Positions 1-6,749 of a stretch of 17,226 nucleotides of DNA are shown in pieces. The position numbers were made by a program, and so were the translations under genes. The notes beneath the pieces were generated by a model. The model saw nothing but the letters and a program-made list of their open reading frames with translations, searched no databases and was not told the origin of the DNA. Numbering within the stretch: the first letter of the stretch is position 1; each line of letters opens with the position of its first letter. The stretch comes from Thermovirgaceae bacterium (GTDB lineage: Bacteria > Synergistota > Synergistia > Synergistales > Thermovirgaceae): positions 1 to 17,226 of the forward strand of contig JBKHBH010000040.1 of assembly GCA_046542505.1 (NCBI GenBank). Direction: 5' to 3'.

Positions 1-1095
1 ATTCGAGAGGATGACGATCCCGAGATCAAGCTCCGGCACAAGCATGACCAGGCTCTTGCAACCGGTGGTCTCACCATTGTGCCAAATCAGTTCATGGCCT
101 TCATAATCCGTTTTGACCCATCCCATGCAGTAGCTATCCTTCTCGCTGATAGGCGTCTGTGGATGATGGGGATAGACGAGGTTTTCAGTGGTCAGAATAT
201 CCTTGCCTCCGAAAGTTCCGTCACCAAGCTGGAAACGGACCCATTTCGCCATATCCAGAACGTTTGAATTGATTCCTCCCGCGGGGGCATAAACATAGGG
301 CCAGTTGAAGAAAGGCCACCTTCGCCCAAGGGGGCGAACCTCTCCGTCGCTCACCACGTGGAGAGTTGCCGCATTCGCCAATCCAAGGTACTCCTTCATG
401 GAGCAGGAAGAGCTGCTCATTCCGAGAGGGTCGAGGATTCTTTCCTTTAGATTGTCTTCCCAGCTCTTCCCGGTCTTGCTTTCCACCAGGGCTGCTGCGG
501 CCAGCCAGAGGTTGTTCACATAGGAAAATTCCGAGCGGAAGCTGTAGACAGGCTCGATATGGGCCATCGAGCGAAGGACATCTTCCCTTCCATACCCGAG
601 GAGAACGAGGACATCCCCGGCATAGGGTTTCATGCCGCTGTGCTGGGCCATGAGATCACGGACCTGGAAGTTTTCCGTTACCCAGGAGTCAGCCATGGCA
701 AAATCAGGCAAATGGGATCTGACGGGATCCTTCCACCCCAGGACACCTTCATCGACAACGGAGGCCACAAGAGCCGCCGTGAAAGCCTTTGAAGTGGACC
801 CTATCTGGAAAACCGTTTCGGGATTAACCGTTTCAGCCCCATTGATTTCCCTGACGCCGAAACCCTCGACGTATACGAGCTCGTCATTCTGGATGACGGC
901 CACGGCCATCCCGGGGATTTTGAACTCCTTCCGGGTTCTCTCCACCGACTCTTCGAAACGCTCCAGAATCGGCGCCAGCTCCGTTCGCGAAGGCCTTTCT
1001 TCTGCCTTTACCGGGGAAGCGACCAAAAAACAGAGGCAAGCTGCCAAGGACATCAGTACCGCAAAAACCTTGCGGACGTATCTTTTCTCTCTCAC
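1..1095 (-). CDS. Serine hydrolase, beta-lactamase class C/AmpC-CubicO family, with signal peptide; 3' end runs off the window
   Basis: Manual translation (not in ORF track): MREKRYVRKVFAVLMSLAACLCFLVASPVKA-EE...IPGMAVAVI...FQIGSTSKAFT (SxxK)...LMAQHSG...FSYVN (YxN)...PAGGINSN...IWHNGETTG...LGIVILSN. GTG at 1095 has GGAG upstream; in-frame ATG at 1125 is an alternative start. Confidence 0.92.
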   Translation of the reverse strand, partial: MREKRYVRKVFAVLMSLAACLCFLVASPVKAEERPSRTELAPILERFEESVERTRKEFKIPGMAVAVIQNDELVYVEGFGVREINGAETVNPETVFQIGSTSKAFTAALVASVVDEGVLGWKDPVRSHLPDFAMADSWVTENFQVRDLMAQHSGMKPYAGDVLVLLGYGREDVLRSMAHIEPVYSFRSEFSYVNNLWLAAAALVESKTGKSWEDNLKERILDPLGMSSSSCSMKEYLGLANAATLHVVSDGEVRPLGRRWPFFNWPYVYAPAGGINSNVLDMAKWVRFQLGDGTFGGKDILTTENLVYPHHPQTPISEKDSYCMGWVKTDYEGHELIWHNGETTGCKSLVMLVPELDLGIVILSN

Positions 1096-1200
1096 AGGGA
1101 ACCACTCCAGACTTTGAATCCTCATAAACGTTCGGATCCACAGAATCGGGAACCATTCCCGACCAATTTTAAAAAAATCAAAGTGCCAAAGGATATTATT

Positions 1201-1410
1201 TCATTTTTTCCCTGTTTCGAGAGTTTTCAAAAAAAGCATGGGCCCGACAAAAAATGCCTTGCCCACGAAATAAAGCCCGATCCCCGTCGTCAAGGCCTGA
1301 TCCCCCGTATCCAGGCCGACCTTCGAAAGGATCCACGCCCCTGCCCCAAGACACAGGGCAAAACTCACCAGGGCCGACAAAAACCCCAAAAATCTCGTCC
1401 TGTCTTCCAT
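1201..1410 (-). CDS. Small hypothetical membrane protein (69 aa, two hydrophobic segments)
   Basis: MEDRTRFLGFLSALVSFALCLGAGAWILSKVG...TTGIGLYFVGKAFFVGPMLFLK. ATG at 1410 follows a purine-rich AAAGGGG; a promoter lies upstream, so the ORF-track extension to 1539 is unlikely. Confidence 0.7.
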   Translation of the reverse strand: MEDRTRFLGFLSALVSFALCLGAGAWILSKVGLDTGDQALTTGIGLYFVGKAFFVGPMLFLKTLETGKK

Positions 1411-1440
1411 ACCATTTCGCCCCTTTCGCATAATATCAAT

Positions 1441-1461
1441 CCGGACGGATTTTCCGTCCGG
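1441..1461. repeat. Perfect 9-bp inverted repeat; likely 5'-end hairpin of the minus-strand transcript
   Basis: CCGGACGGA-ttt-TCCGTCCGG, just downstream of the predicted -10 at 1474-1479. Confidence 0.6.
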
Positions 1462-1473
1462 CAGGTATATATA

Positions 1474-1502
1474 ATGATAATGTGTTAACTTCAGCATTAC
1501 AA
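1474..1502 (-). promoter_or_regulatory. Sigma70-type promoter for small membrane protein / serine hydrolase
   Basis: Minus strand TTGTAA (1502-1497), 17 bp, TATCAT (1479-1474). Confidence 0.6.
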
Positions 1503-1580
1503 AAAATGCTTCCTTCAAAGGTGACTGGCTCTTGCGCATGTGTCTTGAGATTTTTTGGCAAAATCGCCATTTTCCCGTCG

Positions 1581-1609
1581 TTGTCTCCTTTCCACTAAAG
1601 TGAGATAAT
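1581..1609 (+). promoter_or_regulatory. Sigma70-type promoter for the diguanylate cyclase
   Basis: TTGTCT (1581-1586), 17 bp, GATAAT (1604-1609), with extended -10 TG at 1601-1602. Confidence 0.55.
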
Positions 1610-1681
1610 CCTTTGGGTTTGCTTCCTGCCCCGGATGTTTCGTGATCTCAACCCTCATTTTGGAGGAAAAAGACAAAATAC

Positions 1682-2899
1682 ATGTCATTTTTTGCGCAAT
1701 TGCACCTGCCGACGCTTCTTTTTGTGCTCATGGCGGTCATTTTCATGCTCGTGGGGACCCATATCATTATCTTCGCGAGCTACCCCGACATTCCCGGGGT
1801 CAGGCTTTCCGCTTTTGGGAACTTCCTCGTCGCCTCGCCCTTGTTGGGCCTTTTCCTTTTTTCACCTGATCTGCTCCCCTCTTTTTCGATTTTTTTAAAC
1901 ATCCTGATGACATCGGGCTTTCTGCTGATATACCTGGGAATAAGAGAATATGCGGGCAAAGGGGTAAAGAACGGAAAGCACCTTTTTTTGACCATGGCAG
2001 TATTCTCCGGGACCTTCACCCTTCTTGTGACACTCCTCCCCTGGGCTTTCAGGACCGTGGCGGGGATTTTCGTTTTGGGGATTATCTGTTTTTTGACAGC
2101 CTGGGAAGCCTGCGACGGTTTCAGGGGCAAAAGCCCGGTGCGGTGGATATTCGCCGGTGTTTTTTTCCTGCACGGGCTCTTTCTCCTGGGCTTCGCCCGG
2201 GGTGGCATGATGCTGGCTCTTGCCGGACAAGGGGCACTGGGACAAAACCCTGCGATTCTCAGGATCACCGTCATCGAATGCATTTTTGCGGCTTTAGCCG
2301 TCAATTTTACCTATATCCTCCTCATCACTGACCTTCTTTCCATGCGGCTCAAAAAGAAAGCCGACACGGATTATCTGACGGGCACCTACAACCGCCGGGG
2401 GATCATTCAACTGGGCGAAGCAACGGGGCGGACGCCCCTTTCCATCATCATCGCCGACCTCGACCACTTCAAGAATCTCAACGACACCTACGGCCACGCC
2501 GCAGGCGATCATGTCCTGAAAGAATTCACCCACACTCTCGGGAAAGGCCTTCGGCCCTGGGACATCCTTGGACGTTTTGGAGGAGAAGAATTTTTGATCC
2601 TTTTGCCGCAATTGGGGGGAGATACGGCATTTCGAGTTGCCGAAAGGCTGTGTCGTGAGGTGGAAAAAACCGAAATGCCCTGGGAAGGCAAATCCGTCAG
2701 GTACACCGTGAGCATGGGGGTCAGCTCAAGGGATGAAATGACAGACAAGGACCTGAACAGGCTCATCGCCGAAGCTGACAAGGCACTCTATATGGCGAAG
2801 AAATCGGGAAGAAACAAGGTAGTCCGCTTCGACCCTCAGCCGGGGGAATCCCTGCAGAACCGCCAGGAGGCCTTCCGCGCAAACACTGCGGAAATCTGA
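1682..2899 (+). CDS. Membrane-anchored GGDEF diguanylate cyclase
   Basis: About 7 hydrophobic N-terminal segments; C-terminal DYLTGTYNRR, DLDHFKNLNDTYGHAAGD, RPWD I-site (RxxD), GRFGGEEF active site, ADKALYMAKKSGRN. Confidence 0.95.
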   Translation: MSFFAQLHLPTLLFVLMAVIFMLVGTHIIIFASYPDIPGVRLSAFGNFLVASPLLGLFLFSPDLLPSFSIFLNILMTSGFLLIYLGIREYAGKGVKNGKHLFLTMAVFSGTFTLLVTLLPWAFRTVAGIFVLGIICFLTAWEACDGFRGKSPVRWIFAGVFFLHGLFLLGFARGGMMLALAGQGALGQNPAILRITVIECIFAALAVNFTYILLITDLLSMRLKKKADTDYLTGTYNRRGIIQLGEATGRTPLSIIIADLDHFKNLNDTYGHAAGDHVLKEFTHTLGKGLRPWDILGRFGGEEFLILLPQLGGDTAFRVAERLCREVEKTEMPWEGKSVRYTVSMGVSSRDEMTDKDLNRLIAEADKALYMAKKSGRNKVVRFDPQPGESLQNRQEAFRANTAEI

Positions 2900-2958
2900 G
2901 TTTTAAAGGAACAAGATCCCTGCAAAAAACACGGGTGCTTTCCCCTGTCATTATACAG

Positions 2959-3095
2959 AAGGACCCGGAGGTTGGATTTTCCCGCACCGGTAGCGAAGCG
3001 CCTGCATGGCACTCCTCAACACCTTTCACGTACCGAAGAAAACGGGGGTGACCCGGCATAGTCTCAATACCACCTGCCGCCGGGTCCCTTTTTTT
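2959..3095 (+). ncRNA. Candidate structured small RNA / 3'UTR element between convergent genes
   Basis: GGACCCGG (2961-2968) is complementary to CCGGGTCC (3080-3087); element ends in T7; internal CU-rich tracts. No family recognised. Confidence 0.3.
3050..3095 (+). terminator. Rho-independent terminator
   Basis: GACCCGGC (3050-3057) / GCCGGGTC (3079-3086) stem, 21-nt loop, followed by T7 (3089-3095). Confidence 0.65.
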
Positions 3096-3128
3096 GGCGC
3101 TGCTTTAGACCGACCTCATCGGATGACA

Positions 3129-4331
3129 TCACGCCTGCTCCAGCCACCTCCAGGCGAGTGCCGAAAGGAGCGTCACCCCATCGACCAGGACATCGTCATT
3201 GGTCCTGAAGACGGGGCTGTGATGCTGGGCGTCGGTCCCTTTTTCAGGGTCTCCCATCCCAAGAAAGAAAAAGGCCCCCGGAACTTTTTCCTGGTAAAAG
3301 CTGAAGTCCTCCGATCCCAGGATGATCTCCTGCTCCTCAAGGGCGTCTTCGCCCATAATGGATCCCGCCGTTTCCACAAGGAGTTCAACCATTTTCTTGT
3401 CGTTGACGGTAACTGGATATACGGGAAGGAAATTTACCCTGGTCTCGCACCTGAAAGCCGACCCGACCCCCTCGGCGATCCTCCTGATGCGTCCGGGCAT
3501 TTCGTCGCGGACAACGGGGCTCGTGGTGCGGACGTTGCCGGTAAGTTTTGCCGTTTCCGGAATGATGTTCGCCGCCGTGCCGCACTCGATCTTCCCCACG
3601 CTCAGGACCACCGCCTCCTGGGGGTCGATCTCCCGGCTCACAATCGTCTGTACCGTGGAGATGATCGTCGCGGCGGCAATGGTGGGGTCCACCGCTTCAT
3701 GGGGTCTTGAACCATGACCGCCGCGGCCCTTGACCTCGACCTCCCAGATATCCGCCGAGGCCATCACCGGTCCGACCCTGTACCCGAGCTTTCCCGTGGG
3801 AAGCTGCGCCCAGACGTGCATGCCCCATATGGCGTCAACTCCCTCAAGAACACCTTCATCTACAAGCTGCTTCGCCCCCGAGTCAAACCCGGACTCCTCG
3901 GCAGGCTGGAAGATGAGGCGCACCCTTCCGGGCAGTTCGTCCTTCAGTGCCGCCAGGACATGGGCGACGCCAAGAAGTACCGATGCATGGGCGTCATGTC
4001 CGCAGGCATGCATGACACCGGCGTTCTTAGACTTCCAAGGATTATCGATGGCCTCGTCCACGGGCAGGGCATCGATATCCCCCCTGATGGCCACCATGGG
4101 ACATTTTCCGTTGCCCCCTATGTCCGCTGCAACCCCCGAGCCGGTCCCCCTGAAACCCCGCCGGATGTTTTCGTAGCCAAGGTCTTTCAACACCGATTCG
4201 ATGATTTTCGACGTCCGCTCCTCTTTCCACGAGAGTTCCGGGTGGGCGTGGAAGTCGTGGCGGAATCCGATGACCTTCTCTTCAAGATCCTTTGCCAGGC
4301 TTCGAAATCTTTCCATATCCAAATTCATCAC
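3129..4331 (-). CDS. M20D family amidohydrolase (N-acyl-amino acid amidohydrolase / carboxypeptidase / hippuricase-like)
   Basis: RHDFHAHPELS, RGDIDALP, MHACGHDAH, FQPAEE, GMH, GRGGHGSRPH, SEDF, HHSP motifs. Start could be 4331, 4328 or 4316. Confidence 0.95.
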   Translation of the reverse strand: MMNLDMERFRSLAKDLEEKVIGFRHDFHAHPELSWKEERTSKIIESVLKDLGYENIRRGFRGTGSGVAADIGGNGKCPMVAIRGDIDALPVDEAIDNPWKSKNAGVMHACGHDAHASVLLGVAHVLAALKDELPGRVRLIFQPAEESGFDSGAKQLVDEGVLEGVDAIWGMHVWAQLPTGKLGYRVGPVMASADIWEVEVKGRGGHGSRPHEAVDPTIAAATIISTVQTIVSREIDPQEAVVLSVGKIECGTAANIIPETAKLTGNVRTTSPVVRDEMPGRIRRIAEGVGSAFRCETRVNFLPVYPVTVNDKKMVELLVETAGSIMGEDALEEQEIILGSEDFSFYQEKVPGAFFFLGMGDPEKGTDAQHHSPVFRTNDDVLVDGVTLLSALAWRWLEQA

Positions 4332-4339
4332 CCCTCAGG

Positions 4340-5524
4340 CTACATCAGGTTCACCAGGAAGCCCGCCAAAAAGACCGACGCAATGGTCACCGTGGTGAAC
4401 CCCGAGACCAGCATCTTGGGCAAGATCCCTGTGAGAACGAATTCCCGCTCTTCCGGCGTCTCCCCCAACGCCGTGGCGACCTCGTTGGAAATGATGAAGG
4501 TGGCCGGGAAGCCGAAAAGGCAGCAGACCCCGATGGCCAGGCTCATTTCCCAGGTATATTTGAAAATCTTCGCCGAAACGAGAGCCACAACGACGATGCC
4601 AACCAGCGCCACGGCGAAGGCGATCACGATGGGTCCGATCAAGGACATCACCATGTCGGGCGTAGCCTTGTTGAGGCTCATGAAGATGGGAACCAACAGG
4701 GCGAAAAGCGCCAGTCCCTCGGCGTTGGCCTTCGTCAGGATCTTGTGTTCCAGGAACCCTGCTTCGTAGAACAGGATGCCAAAGGCCAGGGCCATGACGA
4801 ACTTGTTGATCACGTCGCCCAGAAGGCCCGCTACCAACACGGCCAGCCAGCCGACCAGCATGGCCTTCATGATGAGGATAAAGGGCGTCTGGAGATCCTT
4901 CGGCGTCTCGGGAAAAATTTTCAAGGCTGGTCTTTCGTGTTCTTCTACAACCCTTTCACCCTTATTCGCCTCTGTGACTCCCTCTCCCCTGCGGAAAATC
5001 CCCCTGAGACGCCGCCCCTCCCTGGTGAGACAAACCGAGGCAATGGGCAGGCCTACGAAGTTCTGGAGCACCAGAAGGAGCGTTAAAAAGACAAGCACCG
5101 TCTCCAGCCCCTTTGCCTTGGCGGCCTCGCTCATGATGAGAGTGGCCACCACGCCCCCCGAGATCGGGCCCGCCGCGGGCACTGCAAATTCCTTGCCGAT
5201 CAGCGGCGACCCGATAATAAAGAGCGCAGCCGATGCGGCCACGATGGCGCCAAGAGCTATGAGGACCGTCTTCCACTCTTCCTTGAGGTCCCTGAGCTTC
5301 ATGAGCGTCCCCATGTGTACCATCAGCATCGGGATAAGGCCCAGTGCCACCGGGACGAGAGCCGAATCCTCGAAGAGCGTCTCGGGGATACCGAACCAGA
5401 ACCCCACCATGAAAATAATGCCCGACACAAACAGCATGGAAAAAACCGCTTTCGTCTTCTGGGCCACGAAATCGCCTACGGCGTAGACGACCGCGATGAC
5501 CAGAAGCGCCGCTACAGTACTCAT
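4340..5524 (-). CDS. Uncharacterised multi-pass membrane protein, putative amino acid/peptide transporter
   Basis: About 394 aa, two hydrophobic halves joined by a charged loop, Gly-rich GPISGG and GFP motifs. ATG at 5524 follows GGGGAGG; 8 bp from the amidohydrolase. Confidence 0.8.
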   Translation of the reverse strand: MSTVAALLVIAVVYAVGDFVAQKTKAVFSMLFVSGIIFMVGFWFGIPETLFEDSALVPVALGLIPMLMVHMGTLMKLRDLKEEWKTVLIALGAIVAASAALFIIGSPLIGKEFAVPAAGPISGGVVATLIMSEAAKAKGLETVLVFLTLLLVLQNFVGLPIASVCLTREGRRLRGIFRRGEGVTEANKGERVVEEHERPALKIFPETPKDLQTPFILIMKAMLVGWLAVLVAGLLGDVINKFVMALAFGILFYEAGFLEHKILTKANAEGLALFALLVPIFMSLNKATPDMVMSLIGPIVIAFAVALVGIVVVALVSAKIFKYTWEMSLAIGVCCLFGFPATFIISNEVATALGETPEEREFVLTGILPKMLVSGFTTVTIASVFLAGFLVNLM

Positions 5525-5562
5525 GTCCCATTCCTCCCCTGAGGAAACCACGAGATATGTAC

Positions 5563-5600
5563 AAAAAAGCCGGGGTCCCCTTCTTTTCGGGAACCCCGGC
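5563..5600 (-). terminator. Attenuator terminator hairpin (3:4)
   Basis: Minus strand GCCGGGGTTCCC-gaaaagaa-GGGGACCCCGGC-TTTTTT, about 40 nt upstream of the transporter start and downstream of a promoter. Confidence 0.9.
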
Positions 5601-5621
5601 CTCTTTTCGGCTCACGGACGC

Positions 5622-5711
5622 CTAGGCGTCGAACCGCAGAGGGGGTTCCACGCTGCCATAATAATAAAAGCAGAACCAGTTCATCGTAATGGACACGCGT
5701 GCTCTCCGCAT
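5622..5711 (-). CDS. Leader peptide MRRARVSITMNWFCFYYYGSVEPPLRFDA (29 aa)
   Basis: AAGGAGG SD (5726-5720), 8-nt spacer, ATG 5711, TAG 5624-5622; control codons TGG TTC TGC TTT TAT TAT TAT at 5678-5658. Confidence 0.85.
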   Translation of the reverse strand: MRRARVSITMNWFCFYYYGSVEPPLRFDA

Positions 5712-5745
5712 GCAGGCATCCTCCTTTTTAAAATTGTTGCTTAAT

Positions 5746-5774
5746 CTTATAGCACTTTATTCAGGAGGCGTCAA
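5746..5774 (-). promoter_or_regulatory. Sigma70-type promoter for leader-transporter-amidohydrolase operon
   Basis: TTGACG (5774-5769), 17 bp, TATAAG (5751-5746), preceded by extended -10 TG. Confidence 0.75.
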
Positions 5775-5815
5775 GAACACGAAGTTCAAGCTTTTCAGGA
5801 GCTGATTTCCCCTCA

Positions 5816-5862
5816 AAAAGCTAGAAACCCCCGCGGGCGGAAACTCTCCCGCGGGGGTTTCT
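5816..5862 (-). terminator. Rho-independent terminator of the DPS-like gene
   Basis: Perfect 15-bp inverted repeat AGAAACCCCCGCGGG (5823-5837) / CCCGCGGGGGTTTCT (5848-5862), T-rich after the stem on the minus strand, about 40 nt after the stop. Confidence 0.85.
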
Positions 5863-5901
5863 TTGAACCCTTTTAGGCCAGGACAACTTTTGCCCTGGGT
5901 T

Positions 5902-6456
5902 TTATTCGGGCATAAAGGGACGCACAAAGGGCGACGTTGCACCCTTGCGCATGAAATGCCCCGACGGACCTTCGCCGAGAAATTCCGAGAACCACGATTC
6001 ATGCTCGATTTCCTCGTGCAGTATCGCCTGGGCAAGGGCATAGGTCCTGTGATCCTTTCCGGCCGTCATGTTGCAAATCTCGTTGTACCCTCTTACGGCA
6101 CAACGCTCAGCCTCGACCAGGACTTCGAGGATGGCCTTCACGTCCGTCGGATCCTTCGGAAGATTGGCCGGCGGACAAGCTGACATGTCGTGAAAGGCTT
6201 TCATATCATCAGGGAGCTTCCCGCCCAGTTCGTATATCCTGGGCACCAGTGCCTCGAAATGGTTCCTGTCCTCTATGCGCGCCGCTTCAGCAATCTCCTT
6301 GATGCCCTCACCCTCAAGACCGATCAGGTTTGCCCGGAGGATCGTGTAATAGTAGAAGGTCGTCAGCTCGGCGGCCGCGTTTGCCACAAGAAGCTCCAAT
6401 AGTTCCTCAACGTTTACTCCCGCTTGCTCCACAACTTCTCTTGACACTTTTGCCAT
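5902..6456 (-). CDS. dps: DPS-like (DPSL) ferritin-family protein
   Basis: AAAELTTFYYYTILR, EDRNHFEALVPRIYELGG, SACPPA and EAERCA (paired Cys typical of DPSL/thioferritin), EEIEHE di-iron ligands; SD GGGGGAG. Confidence 0.92.
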   Translation of the reverse strand: MAKVSREVVEQAGVNVEELLELLVANAAAELTTFYYYTILRANLIGLEGEGIKEIAEAARIEDRNHFEALVPRIYELGGKLPDDMKAFHDMSACPPANLPKDPTDVKAILEVLVEAERCAVRGYNEICNMTAGKDHRTYALAQAILHEEIEHESWFSEFLGEGPSGHFMRKGATSPFVRPFMPE

Positions 6457-6749
6457 ATTCTCTCCCCCTCTTTGTCTCCCGTCCGGTATTTGCCGCTATG
6501 AATTTGTTCAAACAATATACCTGCCATGGTTTTCCGAAAACTGCAATGCGCAGAAACTGTATCACGGTTGTTCTTATTTGTAAACATTTCTGATTTAAGA
6601 GAAAAGCGGGAGAGAATTTGCGTAAGTCACTGTCATAGGATGGCAGTTAATCCTATCCGCTCTGCTGGAGCTCCCGGCGTTCATGGCACAATTTTGCCAT
6701 CCCCGGAGGAGATGTTTCCCAAAGAGGTTCGCATCGATCTTTTCCTCGC

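Larger units (their letters stand above)
5563..5740 (-). promoter_or_regulatory. Ribosome-mediated transcription attenuator responsive to aromatic amino acids
   Basis: Leader ORF plus antiterminator: GGAACCCC (5649-5642) pairs with the terminator 5' arm GGGGTTCC (5597-5590), with inner helices CTCT/AGAG, CGGTTC/GAGCCG and GACGC/GCGTC. Confidence 0.85.

Noticed and set aside
1..1095. Antibiotic-resistance beta-lactamase
   Set aside because: SxxK, YxN and HxG motifs are shared by many esterases and peptidases of this fold; no mobile context or AmpC-specific evidence.
2959..3095. 6S RNA or SRP RNA
   Set aside because: About 130 nt is short for 6S, with no clear long rod and central bubble; no SRP GGAA-loop helix motif.
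5563..5740. T-box or metabolite riboswitch
   Set aside because: No T-box consensus or recognisable aptamer; the translated leader and pairing scheme explain the region.
1460..6525. Identical 11-mer GGCAGGTATAT at 1460-1470 (+) and 6515-6525 (-), both intergenic
   Set aside because: A single 11-bp match is within chance expectation for a window this size and the flanks do not extend.
6575..6600. PerR/Fur-like box upstream of the DPS-like gene
   Set aside because: AT-rich, but dyad symmetry is weak; biologically plausible yet not supportable from sequence alone.
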